The notes below the pieces were generated by a model that did no database searches, was not told where the DNA came from, and saw only the letters and a program-made list of their open reading frames with translations. Positions 30,718-40,639 of a stretch of DNA of 64,000 bases are shown here, one piece after another (position 1 is the stretch's first letter; every line of letters begins with the position of its first letter). Source of the DNA: Prevotella sp. Its GTDB lineage: Bacteria > Bacteroidota > Bacteroidia > Bacteroidales > Bacteroidaceae. The stretch spans positions 5,673-69,672 of the forward strand of contig JAGCPK010000112.1 in the NCBI GenBank assembly GCA_017965725.1, given 5' to 3'. Position numbers and translations under genes: made by a program.

Positions 30718-31359
30718 CTACGAAAACACGAAACGGAGGCTCTGATAGAGTTGGATGCAGAAGATATAAAGCACCAGCAAAGGAGCATATTTCTGAATGC
30801 CGTAGCAGAGGGCATCAAGAATGTCAGAGAGTGACTGCATACGTCCGGAAATCATTCCATAGGCAATGCTCACCAAGGTGATGCCAAAGGCAATAAAGGG
30901 AATGACGCTTCGACTGAAAGGCGACGGAAAGAGTGACCCCGACACCGACAACAGTACGGCGTGGGGAACGACAGTGAGCAAGAGGATGGCAGCGATATAG
31001 GCTACCAGCAGCACAAGAGCCACACGGAAAGCCGTACGGTCACGATAAGACAATATACGAAAACGTCCCTCGTGCCACAATGACGTCAGTCCTGAGCGCA
31101 GGAAGGCGCCAACGGCTATCATCATAAGAATGAGCCATACCAGCCAAGGCGAAGCCACCATCCGGGCAAAGTCACCCACAAACCAACGCACACCCTCGCC
31201 AGAGAGCAACGAACGCACACCCTCCACACCTGCTGCAGAGAGAATCCACGACAGGAGGATCAAGATAACCTCAGCCAACAGAAGGGAGAGACAGATGACT
31301 CCCATATCCTGTTTGCCAAAACGGGATGTGCGCTGTGCGGGTTCAGTTTTCATCAGCAA
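30718..31359 (-). CDS. Short AbgT-family membrane protein
   Basis: VRSLLSGEGVRW resembles the AbgT N-terminal motif; about 5 TM segments. Confidence 0.7.
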   Translation of the reverse strand: MLMKTEPAQRTSRFGKQDMGVICLSLLLAEVILILLSWILSAAGVEGVRSLLSGEGVRWFVGDFARMVASPWLVWLILMMIAVGAFLRSGLTSLWHEGRFRILSYRDRTAFRVALVLLVAYIAAILLLTVVPHAVLLSVSGSLFPSPFSRSVIPFIAFGITLVSIAYGMISGRMQSLSDILDALCYGIQKYAPLLVLYIFCIQLYQSLRFVFS

Positions 31360-32062
31360 CGAGATTATCTATATCGATGATATGCAGTTCAAGCGCACGC
31401 ACCACCAGACGGGTGGCATTGACATTGCCCACCGACTCGGGGAACAACTTGCGGATAAGTTCATTCTGACGTTTCTCCAGACTCTTCACGCCGAAGGGCA
31501 TACCACGCAAGCCTGTGATCTGCTCTTTGGTATAGCCGAGGGCGAGATGACGGAGGAAACGTTCGTCGTACTCATCAATCTCGTAGTTGACGAGGGCCTC
31601 CTGCTTCGCCAGTTGTCCGCTAACAGCATACTTGAAGCGCTCCACAATCTTCTCGAGGATGGGCTCGTTGAACACGAGTGTCTTGCCTTCCATCACGGCA
31701 TTCACATCGCCACGAGTCAACAACTCGCCTGTCTTGAGGATGATGCCGTCAGCACCTGCGTCAAGCACATCCACCCACAGTTTTTCGTTCAGGATCTCAC
31801 CCGTGAAGATGAGCACCTTAATGTCTGGATGCATCTCTTTCGTGCTACGGCAGATCTCCACACCCACGGTGGTGGAGCCTCCGAGGCCCAGGTCGAGCAA
31901 CAACAGGTCGGGTTTCTGCTGCTTCAGCAGTTTCCAGTAGGCAGGCTCGCTATCGGCTGTACCTATCACTTCCGCCTCGGGAATCTCATTGCGGATGATT
32001 CCTAATGTGCCTTTAAGTTCGAGGGGCACGTCCTCGACAATAATCACTTTGAAGTTCTGCAT
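31343..32062 (-). CDS. Response regulator (REC plus LuxR-like HTH)
   Basis: IIVED, LLLDLGL, FTG, LK; C-terminal ALGYTKEQI HTH. Confidence 0.88.
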   Translation of the reverse strand: MQNFKVIIVEDVPLELKGTLGIIRNEIPEAEVIGTADSEPAYWKLLKQQKPDLLLLDLGLGGSTTVGVEICRSTKEMHPDIKVLIFTGEILNEKLWVDVLDAGADGIILKTGELLTRGDVNAVMEGKTLVFNEPILEKIVERFKYAVSGQLAKQEALVNYEIDEYDERFLRHLALGYTKEQITGLRGMPFGVKSLEKRQNELIRKLFPESVGNVNATRLVVRALELHIIDIDNLVADEN

Positions 32063-35000
32063 ACGCGTGGTAATATTATTCTGATGTTAGTGTTTCCGTC
32101 ATTATTCTCCGCCCAAATGCCACACATACGACGATTGGTGGCCTCACCATGATCCCTCACAATCTGACGACAAAGCAGATAAGGGATGTGATTGGTGGTA
32201 GGATTGAAAAGATTCTGTGCTTCCTCGTCGGTGAGATGCAACTGGGGCATGGGTACGATGACCTCCACATATTTGTCGTCCTTAGGGACAATCTGAGAAG
32301 TAGCCCCACCCTGTTTGCGTAGAATCTCAAAGAGATAGGCTATGAGGTTCTTATCTCCGAGGATTTCATTATCAAGTGGTTTAACATGGAGATGCACTCC
32401 CTCTATCTGGCGCATGGCCTGTTGTGAAAGAATGCCATAGAGGTCGCGGTAATAATCGACGACCTCAGAGAGTGACTGCATATCGCCCTGATCCAACAGT
32501 TGCTGGATGCGTGAGGGATAATACATCGTCTCATGCTTCAGGGTGGAGAGACAGTTGTCGAGCACTGCATTTGCCACATGGAGGTTATTGTTCTCCAGTT
32601 CTGCCCTCCGCAACTCGTCGTCTGCAATCTCCAGACTTGACTGTTGTTCGCGCTCCACGAAGAACCGTTCATAGAGGCGGTGACGGTAGTAAAGCAGATA
32701 GTAGGCAGGTGGGATGGAGAAGAGCACCAGCATGAGCAGAATGATGGCGATACGCTTATTGCTCTGCGACTGTTGCATGGTACGACAATAGTCAGCCAAC
32801 GTATTGTCTGCCGACAACTCCTTATAAAGTTGGGTATAGATTTTATTGTTGTACGAATAGACTTGCCACTCGTGCAGGGCAAGGGCGGCTACGGCACTTT
32901 CGTTACGCATGTCGAGTATCACACCATAATTTACATTGAGCGAATCATGGAACCACTGTATCTCTGGTGCCACCAACGAGGGATTACCCAACTGCAGCAA
33001 CTGTAGATTGCCGTTGGGGTATAATTCCTGATAGTATCTGTTGAGATAATAGCGACAGGAGTCTGCAAACTGAAGTGTTCGCTCATAGGTGCCATTGATA
33101 TTAGAGAAATAAGCAGAGTCGGCATAGATGCTGGCAAGTCCCAAATTGTCAGAAGTCTGCGCTGTTGCAGGAGATAGTGAACAGTGAATAGTGAACAGCA
33201 AGATCAGGGTGCGGAGGATACCTTTCGGCAGACGGAAGAAGAAGCGGGAACCCTTTCCCTCCTCACTTTCTGCCGCAATGGAACAAACAGAGAATATCTG
33301 TGAAATCTTACGGTATTTTTCTATAATACCCTTGCAATTCAACAGACCGAAGCCATGTCCTCCTGTACCGCTGTCGCGGATGGGCTTGGGATCAAAGAGA
33401 TGCTGCAACTGTTCCTCAGACATGCCTGTACCCGTATCGCTGACAGAAATCTCCACATAATCGGCTGTCTCCTGCGTTGAAAGGGTTACCTTTCCTCCTT
33501 CTGGTGTAAACTTACGGGCGTTATCAGCCAACGTGTTCAACATAAAGAGTGTCAGCACACGATCTGCCTTCACTTTGGCCTCTGTAGGTTCCACGTCGAG
33601 ACTGATATCTTTCATACCAAAACTCTTGCGCCCTTTCGCCACCATATCAAAGAGGGGTTGTAAGGCGAAGGTCTCTATCTTCAGGTTCAGTTCCCCTTGA
33701 CGGAGTTGAATCCAATGGGTCAGGATGTCATTATAGTCGTTGATCTGTGCAGTCAGTTCACGGATATAATCCTCATCACCGCCTTTGTTGACAGCATAGA
33801 TGATACGGTCAATAAAGGGTGTAATACTGTTTACAAGAGATATCTTTGCACGTTGTTCAAGATTGAGTCGCTCGTTATTTTCCACACGTAACCGCTCCAT
33901 CGCTACCTCGTCCTGTCGCTGTTCCAGTATCTCGTCGAGTTCGTTAGTACGTTTTTGTTTTTTGTTGAGATGGTTAAAAAGCCACAGCGAGAAGAGCAGG
34001 AGTACGATGGCCACACCTACGGCTATCAGCATCCAGTTCAGTTGTGAGGCAGAAGCCTCCAACTGACTGGCACGGGCCTCCAGTTGTCGGTCCTGTCGTG
34101 TGTCGGTCATCAGGTCGATGTAGATATTTCTGTTGGCGTCACTCTGTGGTTTGTCATCCATCGCAGAATAAGCCACACTGAGTTGTTCACGGATACTCGC
34201 CACAAGGTCGGGGGCTTGATTGATAATCGTGTCGGAAAGTGCCTGTTCCAGATTATACAACGTCGATTCATAGTCACCAATCTGACGGAAACAGGAAGCC
34301 AGCGTACGATAGGCACCAGCAATCTGATACACATCACCATACTCCATAAAGATAGAGAGCGCACTCTCGGCCAACCATCCTGAAAGCATGTCCTCATCAA
34401 CATTATCGGGATTGATGAACTTAATGGCTGGGAGATTGTCATCGATCAGCCGACGACGGTACTCCTCGTCCATCAAATGCTCAGAGAGGGCCTCTAATGC
34501 CTGGGCTGCGAAATAAGGCATCTCGGCCCTGCGCGCTGTCAGAAAACAGCGCATGAGGGCATCAAACTCCTGTTGGTTGATGTCCTGCTGGGTACCTTCG
34601 GTGATAATACCTCCCGCACCAATGTTATAAAGATAGTTCAGATACTGGGCTGTATCACGCTGTATCTCGTTGGGGTCTATCTGCTCCAAAGCCTGAATGG
34701 ACTGTCGCTCAAGACCTACATAATAATAATAGGTGGAATTAACAATGGCGTATTCCGTCTCAGCATAACGCAAGGCTGCCACATCTCGTTCTGATAAATG
34801 CTCACGTTCTTCGTAGATACGACGGATGGCACGGTCTGCCTGTTCACGATATTCGTAGAACTCACGGTTGTTAGAACGGCGCTGACAGAGGCGCATCTGT
34901 TGTACATAGGAAATAAGGCATTGTAATTGATTATCAGTGATTTCCGGTATGCTGTTCAAGCGTTTCTCCGCCTCATCATATTGCATACGTACGAGATTGA

Positions 35001-35223
35001 CAAACGCCAGATTGTTCAGAGCCTCCGCCCTACCCTTGTCGTAATGTTCCGAGAGTGTGTATGCCTGCTGGGCGTAATGTTCCGTAGAGTCAATGTTACG
35101 ATAATGATAGGCATAGGAAAGAGAATTCAGCCTGTCCACCGCTTGCCTATCGGACGGTGAACAGGCAGAAAGTATGAGTACTGATGCGAGCAGTTTAAGC
35201 CCGTGCCTTAGCCACATAGCCAA
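32044..35223 (-). CDS. Large membrane sensor histidine kinase with two tandem sensor-kinase modules (DUF5112/DUF5113-like)
   Basis: LSAC lipobox; TPR-like sensor; TM; N/G1/F/G2 boxes; second sensor-TM-HETMYYP module. Exact start uncertain. Confidence 0.85.
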   Translation of the reverse strand: MAMWLRHGLKLLASVLILSACSPSDRQAVDRLNSLSYAYHYRNIDSTEHYAQQAYTLSEHYDKGRAEALNNLAFVNLVRMQYDEAEKRLNSIPEITDNQLQCLISYVQQMRLCQRRSNNREFYEYREQADRAIRRIYEEREHLSERDVAALRYAETEYAIVNSTYYYYVGLERQSIQALEQIDPNEIQRDTAQYLNYLYNIGAGGIITEGTQQDINQQEFDALMRCFLTARRAEMPYFAAQALEALSEHLMDEEYRRRLIDDNLPAIKFINPDNVDEDMLSGWLAESALSIFMEYGDVYQIAGAYRTLASCFRQIGDYESTLYNLEQALSDTIINQAPDLVASIREQLSVAYSAMDDKPQSDANRNIYIDLMTDTRQDRQLEARASQLEASASQLNWMLIAVGVAIVLLLFSLWLFNHLNKKQKRTNELDEILEQRQDEVAMERLRVENNERLNLEQRAKISLVNSITPFIDRIIYAVNKGGDEDYIRELTAQINDYNDILTHWIQLRQGELNLKIETFALQPLFDMVAKGRKSFGMKDISLDVEPTEAKVKADRVLTLFMLNTLADNARKFTPEGGKVTLSTQETADYVEISVSDTGTGMSEEQLQHLFDPKPIRDSGTGGHGFGLLNCKGIIEKYRKISQIFSVCSIAAESEEGKGSRFFFRLPKGILRTLILLFTIHCSLSPATAQTSDNLGLASIYADSAYFSNINGTYERTLQFADSCRYYLNRYYQELYPNGNLQLLQLGNPSLVAPEIQWFHDSLNVNYGVILDMRNESAVAALALHEWQVYSYNNKIYTQLYKELSADNTLADYCRTMQQSQSNKRIAIILLMLVLFSIPPAYYLLYYRHRLYERFFVEREQQSSLEIADDELRRAELENNNLHVANAVLDNCLSTLKHETMYYPSRIQQLLDQGDMQSLSEVVDYYRDLYGILSQQAMRQIEGVHLHVKPLDNEILGDKNLIAYLFEILRKQGGATSQIVPKDDKYVEVIVPMPQLHLTDEEAQNLFNPTTNHIPYLLCRQIVRDHGEATNRRMCGIWAENNDGNTNIRIILPRVCRTSK

Positions 35224-35863
35224 GCGCCTCCTTGCACTTGTCAGTGATATACTGCCAGTCGCCGGCTTTCACCTTGTCGGAGGGAAACAGTTTCGAACCC
35301 ATTCCCACACAGAACACTCCAGCCTTAAACCATGATTTCAGATTCTCCTCCTCAGGAGCCACGCCACCAGTCACCATGATTTTCGACCAAGGCATTGGCG
35401 CCTTCATGTCCTTAATCAAGTCTGGGCCCACCACATCGCCAGGGAAGACTTTCGTCAGGTCGCAACCCAACTCCTGAGCCTTGCCAATCTCCGAGACTGT
35501 CATACAACCTGGACAGTAAGGTACAAGACGACGATTGCAGACAGGAGCAATGTCGGGATTAAACAGTGGTCCCACCACGAAGTTGGCTCCCAACTGGAGA
35601 TACATCGCAGCAGTGGGTGCATCCACTACGGAGCCGATACCAAGTGCCAGTTCGGGACATTCCTTGTCGGCCCACTTCACCAGTTCACCAAATACTTCCT
35701 GGGCAAAGTCGCCACGATTGGTAAACTCGAAAGCACGGACGCCACCCTCGTAGCAGGCTTTCACCACATTCTTGCAAGTCTCCAGATCCTTATGATAGAA
35801 AACGGGCACCATACCAGTATCCCCGATCTTCTTCATCACTGCTATCTTATCAAACTTTGCCAT
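35195..35863 (-). CDS. eda: KHG/KDPG aldolase
   Basis: FEFTNR, GIGSV, KVFPG, MVTGGV. Confidence 0.93.
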   Translation of the reverse strand: MAKFDKIAVMKKIGDTGMVPVFYHKDLETCKNVVKACYEGGVRAFEFTNRGDFAQEVFGELVKWADKECPELALGIGSVVDAPTAAMYLQLGANFVVGPLFNPDIAPVCNRRLVPYCPGCMTVSEIGKAQELGCDLTKVFPGDVVGPDLIKDMKAPMPWSKIMVTGGVAPEEENLKSWFKAGVFCVGMGSKLFPSDKVKAGDWQYITDKCKEALGYVAKARA

Positions 35864-35912
35864 ATTTTTATTTTTTGCAGGTTCTCCTAGTTTCACCTAG
35901 GCTTTCCTATGT

Positions 35913-36935
35913 TTATCTTTGTACGCGACCACTAGCATTACCGCCAGCGAGTGCCTCCACCTCCTCGATGCTCACCTGGTTGAAGTCACCATTGATGGTG
36001 TGCTTCAGGGCCGAGGCTGCCACGGCAAACTCCAGGGCCTCGCCCTGTGTCTCCTTCGTCAACAGACCGTGGATCAGTCCGCCCGAGAATGAGTCACCAC
36101 CACCAACACGGTCGATGATCGGGTTGATCTCGTAGCGTTTACTCTGGTAGAACTCCTTGCCATCATAGATCAAAGCCTTCCAACCGTTGTACGTCGCACT
36201 GAAACTCTCACGGAGCGTCGAGACCACATACTTGAAACCGAACTCCTGCATCATCTGCTTAAAGATGCCCTCATAACCGGCAGCATCCGTCTTACCACCC
36301 TCTACATCTGCATCAGGTTTGAAGCCCAAACAGAGTTCAGCATCCTCCTCGTTACCGATACACACATCCACATACTTCATCAGCGGACGCATGATTGAAA
36401 TGGCCTTTTCACTCGTCCACAGTTTCTTGCGGAAGTTCAAATCTACAGACACCGTGACGCCATGACGCTTGGCAGCCTCACAGGCCAGACGTGTCAACTC
36501 GGCAGCCTTATCACTGATGGCAGGCGTGATACCACTCCAATGGAACCAGGCAGCACCCTCCATAATCTTGTCGAAGTCGAAATCGGCGGGCGTAGCCTCA
36601 GCGATAGCGCTGTGAGCGCGGTCATAAATCACCTTCGAGGGACGCATCGAGGCACCCGTCTCAGCATAGTAAAGTCCGATGCGGTCACCACCACGAGTCA
36701 CATAGTCGGTCTTCACACCAAAGCGACGAAGCGCATTCACGGCAATCTGTCCGATCTCATGCTTCGGCAACTTCGTCACATAATAAGCCTCATGGCCGTA
36801 GTTTGCCAACGATACTGCCACGTTAGCCTCACCACCGCCAGGGATGATGCGGAATGATTCACTCTGTATGAAACGGTCGTTGCCTTGAGGCGACAGGCGA
36901 AGCATGATCTCGCCCAATGTTACAATCTTTGCCAT
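35913..36935 (-). CDS. kdgK: 2-dehydro-3-deoxygluconokinase (PfkB family)
   Basis: GEIMLRL, GGGEANVA, DRVGGGDSF. Confidence 0.93.
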   Translation of the reverse strand: MAKIVTLGEIMLRLSPQGNDRFIQSESFRIIPGGGEANVAVSLANYGHEAYYVTKLPKHEIGQIAVNALRRFGVKTDYVTRGGDRIGLYYAETGASMRPSKVIYDRAHSAIAEATPADFDFDKIMEGAAWFHWSGITPAISDKAAELTRLACEAAKRHGVTVSVDLNFRKKLWTSEKAISIMRPLMKYVDVCIGNEEDAELCLGFKPDADVEGGKTDAAGYEGIFKQMMQEFGFKYVVSTLRESFSATYNGWKALIYDGKEFYQSKRYEINPIIDRVGGGDSFSGGLIHGLLTKETQGEALEFAVAASALKHTINGDFNQVSIEEVEALAGGNASGRVQR

Positions 36936-37038
36936 AGTCTTATGATGTTTTTGTTTTTTGTAATAATCGTTTGATTTAACTTTCCGACCACAAAGGTAAG
37001 CATTATTTTCGACTCCACCAAACAATTACCATAAAATG

Positions 37039-37935
37039 TTAATTGGCGTAGGCTTTTTCGCCGATGGTTTCCTGCGAACCAATGGTCATCTGACGGAGGT
37101 CGTAGTAGGAACCGTTGTAGATGTTGAAATCAACATTACCTTTGATTCCAGGCAGACGACCTGCGTCGGTGTGCTGCCAGAACTTCCAATGTCCTTTGTA
37201 CTCAAGACTATCCACATAATAGTGGGCTATCCAATAGGGATATTGGTTAAAGATGGAATCATTAAGGTAACGCGTCTTAAATTTGAAATAAGTATAGATG
37301 ATAGGTTTCACCTGATAGTGCTTTTCCACGATGTCGAGCCACTGCAGCACGGAAGCCTTGAACTCTGCATCAGTCTGCTCCTTGGGTTTGTGCTCCACAT
37401 CAAGCACAGGAGGAAGGTCACCATTCTCAAGTTTTGCAACTTTCAGGAAGTTGTAAGCCTGTTGCTCGGCGGGAGAATGGACGCTGTAGAAATGATAGGC
37501 TCCGCGAGTAAAGCCATTTTCACGGGCCTGATAGAAGTTCTCACGGAAATTCTCGTCTGTCTGTGTGGCTCCCTCGGTGGCCTTGATCATGATGAAACGG
37601 ATGGGACACTTGTTGATCATGCCCTCATCCTTGAGTTTGTCCCAATCGATACGGCCTTGATGATGGGAGATATCTATACCGTGGATCTCATAGCCTTCAG
37701 GGTATGAGACATCACCGTAAAGGGCCCGCCAACGAAAGCCGAAGGGTGAGACGAAAAAATAATAGAAGAACCAAATGTAGCCTGCGACAATAGCGGCTCC
37801 GCCAATCCACCAACCCCAGGAGGGAACTTTCTGTAAAAGCCGTATCACGACTCCGGGACGCTTTCTGCGCCCGGGGCCGTGATACGTATGAGTGGTGCCG
37901 ATGCCTTTACGGCGAACTACACGTTTATTGGACAT
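37039..37935 (-). CDS. Membrane-anchored GH25 lysozyme
   Basis: GIDISHHQG, IKATEG, LDVE, WQHT. Confidence 0.92.
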   Translation of the reverse strand: MSNKRVVRRKGIGTTHTYHGPGRRKRPGVVIRLLQKVPSWGWWIGGAAIVAGYIWFFYYFFVSPFGFRWRALYGDVSYPEGYEIHGIDISHHQGRIDWDKLKDEGMINKCPIRFIMIKATEGATQTDENFRENFYQARENGFTRGAYHFYSVHSPAEQQAYNFLKVAKLENGDLPPVLDVEHKPKEQTDAEFKASVLQWLDIVEKHYQVKPIIYTYFKFKTRYLNDSIFNQYPYWIAHYYVDSLEYKGHWKFWQHTDAGRLPGIKGNVDFNIYNGSYYDLRQMTIGSQETIGEKAYAN

Positions 37936-39573
37936 TTATTTTGCCTGCTCAAGAGCCAGGGTCTTTGTCGGCTGGTCACAAACCTCCGTGGGTCCCCAAT
38001 ACTGGATAGGACCAGGATAGACGTAGGATGTCTTGCGGGCCCACTCGTCACGATGAGCGGCAAACTCCTTGAAGGGGGCACCATCCAGTTCCACGAGCGC
38101 CTTGCGGATCACAGGTTTCATCTCACCAGCACGCTTCTCCATGTTCATCATCATCGTGATGGGTACACCACCTGCAATCCACTGGTCAGCAGGAGCGGTG
38201 GTATTCTTCACGATAGCCATGTAACCGGTCTTGCCGTTGGCGATGAGTTGGGCGGCAGAGGTACCGAGGGCATAGCAGTAGTCGGCATCGAAGTTAGAAG
38301 GAGCAGCGCAGCGTCCCTCATAACCGAAGAAGTGGTGCTGTGTACCGAACTTGCCCACAAACTTGCCTTCCTTCTTCATCTGCTCAAGTTTCTTGCCTAC
38401 CATCTCTGACAGCAGTTTCTCGGTCTCGATGAGTGACACCTGTACGTTGCCATGAGGATCACGGTCGAGGGCCAACTGGCGGGCAACACCAACAGGCAGG
38501 CTGTTGAATACAGCGAGGTTCTCCGGAGTCAGATGACTCTTGGCAAAGTCAACCTGCTCGTCGCGGCTGATTTCCTTAGCCTCAGGCAGAGCAAGCACGT
38601 CGTTCAACTGGGCAATCAGTTTCTTGATGGCGGGGATGAACTCGATGACACCCTCAGGGATGACGACAGTACCGAAATTATTACCGTCCTCTGCACGTGC
38701 TGCCACAGCGTTGGCAATGTAAGTCACGATATCGTCAAGGCTCATACCCTTGGCCTCAACCTCCTCAGATACGAGACAGATATTAGGCTGAGTCTGCAGG
38801 GCACACTCCAAGGCGATATGAGAAGCCGAACGACCCATCACCTTGATGAAGTGCCAGTACTTGCGGGCAGAGTTACAGTCGCGCTCGATGTTACCAATCA
38901 ACTCGGAGTAGGTCTTACAAGCGGTGTCGAAACCAAATGAGGTCTCAATCTGAGAGTTCTTCAGGTCGCCATCGATGGTCTTAGGACAACCGATCACCTG
39001 TACGCCATAGTTCTTGGCAGCATAGTACTCAGCCAGCACACAGGCGTTGGTATTTGAGTCGTCACCACCGATGATGACGATGGCCTTGATGTCGAGTTCG
39101 CGGATGATCTCAAGACCCTTCTCGAACTGATCCACCTTCTCCAGCTTGGTACGACCGGAACCGATCATATCGAAACCACCGGTGTTACGATACTCGTCGA
39201 TGATCTCCGAAGTAAGTTCCATATAGTTATGATCCACCAGACCGCCAGGACCGAGGATGAAACCATAGAGACGGTTCTCGGGGTTCAGTTTCTTGATCTG
39301 GTCGAAGAGACCGGTGATGACATTGTGACCGCCAGGAGCCTGACCGCCGGAGAGGATGATACCAACGTTCATCTTCTTGGTGTTGGCCTCGGTAGCGGGC
39401 TCGAACTCCACGATAGGCATACCGTAGGTGTTGGGGAACAACTTCTTGATTTCTTCCTGGTCACCAACACTCTGGGTGGGCTGACCTTCCTTGATTTTTA
39501 CTGCACCCTGAAGAGCCTTGGGCAACTTGGGCTGATAAGCGGCTCTCGCAATCTGCAATGCACTTTTTTCCAT
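37936..39573 (-). CDS. pfp: PPi-dependent phosphofructokinase
   Basis: [24 protein letters not shown]. Confidence 0.95.
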   Translation of the reverse strand: MEKSALQIARAAYQPKLPKALQGAVKIKEGQPTQSVGDQEEIKKLFPNTYGMPIVEFEPATEANTKKMNVGIILSGGQAPGGHNVITGLFDQIKKLNPENRLYGFILGPGGLVDHNYMELTSEIIDEYRNTGGFDMIGSGRTKLEKVDQFEKGLEIIRELDIKAIVIIGGDDSNTNACVLAEYYAAKNYGVQVIGCPKTIDGDLKNSQIETSFGFDTACKTYSELIGNIERDCNSARKYWHFIKVMGRSASHIALECALQTQPNICLVSEEVEAKGMSLDDIVTYIANAVAARAEDGNNFGTVVIPEGVIEFIPAIKKLIAQLNDVLALPEAKEISRDEQVDFAKSHLTPENLAVFNSLPVGVARQLALDRDPHGNVQVSLIETEKLLSEMVGKKLEQMKKEGKFVGKFGTQHHFFGYEGRCAAPSNFDADYCYALGTSAAQLIANGKTGYMAIVKNTTAPADQWIAGGVPITMMMNMEKRAGEMKPVIRKALVELDGAPFKEFAAHRDEWARKTSYVYPGPIQYWGPTEVCDQPTKTLALEQAK

Positions 39574-39794
39574 AATCTGTTTTTCTTTTTAATTAGTGAC
39601 TAATAATCCAATTTTGCCCGCAAAATTAGTTATTTTCCGTCAAAAATAAGACAAAAAGCATACTAAAATCACCTTTTTAATATTTTTTTGTGATGAAATG
39701 CTTTGATGATCCGATATTTTTTTTTATCTTTGCTTACTCAATATAGCAATTCGTCAAGAATCTATTATCATTATAATAAAGGAGGAAATTTAAT

Positions 39795-40061
39795 ATGGCA
39801 AACAAACGGTCACTGAAGAAGGCAATTCACCTCGTTTGCGAGGATCTTTTCGCTGAAGCGATTGCCTTGTCGCTCTATGGCGCGGAGGCACAGCAGGAAA
39901 GTGCCAGAACACTGCTTTTTTCCATCGTCAAAACTGAAGATGAGTACATCCGTCGTATCTCCTACCCAGAACCAGGCATGAACCCCAACGATTATTTCAA
40001 AGACCTGAGGGAGAAATTCAGTGCAGAAGTAAACGATATTGTTGACCAAATGAACGGGTAA
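39795..40061 (+). CDS. Small hypothetical protein
   Basis: Downstream of -7 box at 39725; helical composition. Confidence 0.8.
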   Translation: MANKRSLKKAIHLVCEDLFAEAIALSLYGAEAQQESARTLLFSIVKTEDEYIRRISYPEPGMNPNDYFKDLREKFSAEVNDIVDQMNG

Positions 40062-40062
40062 G

Positions 40063-40620
40063 ATGCTGAAAGCATTCTGTAGATGGCTATTGTATAAGAA
40101 ACGGGGATGGTCGCTGAATATCACAGAGGACCATCCTGACAAGTTTATTATCTGTCTGGCACCCCATACCAGCAACTGGGATTTTATTCTTGGACTGCTC
40201 TATAGTCGTGCGGAAGGTATGCAGTGTAATTTCATGATGAAAAAGGAGTGGTTCTTCTGGCCATTAGGACCATTATTCAAGAAGTTGGGAGGCATCCCCG
40301 TATACCGTCAGAAGCACACCAGCATGACTGACGCGATGGCAGAGAGCGCCAAAGTAGCCAAGACCTTCCACCTCTGCATCACACCCGAAGGAACTCGCAG
40401 CAGGAATCCCAACTGGAAGAAGGGTTTTTATTTCATCGCCCTCAAGGCAGGTCTTCCGATTTTGCTTTACGGCATTGACTACGAGAAACGTCTTATACAA
40501 TGTACAAAGACCGTCATCCCTTCTGGTGACGTTGAGAGCGATATGCATGAGATAAAAAACTACTTTAAGGACTTCCGTGGGAAGATCCCGAATAATTTCA
40601 CAATAGGGGACGAAAACTAA
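40063..40620 (+). CDS. 1-acyl-sn-glycerol-3-phosphate acyltransferase family
   Basis: PHTSNWD, ITPEGTRS. Confidence 0.9.
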   Translation: MLKAFCRWLLYKKRGWSLNITEDHPDKFIICLAPHTSNWDFILGLLYSRAEGMQCNFMMKKEWFFWPLGPLFKKLGGIPVYRQKHTSMTDAMAESAKVAKTFHLCITPEGTRSRNPNWKKGFYFIALKAGLPILLYGIDYEKRLIQCTKTVIPSGDVESDMHEIKNYFKDFRGKIPNNFTIGDEN

Positions 40621-40639
40621 ATTAGAAAGAGAATAGATT

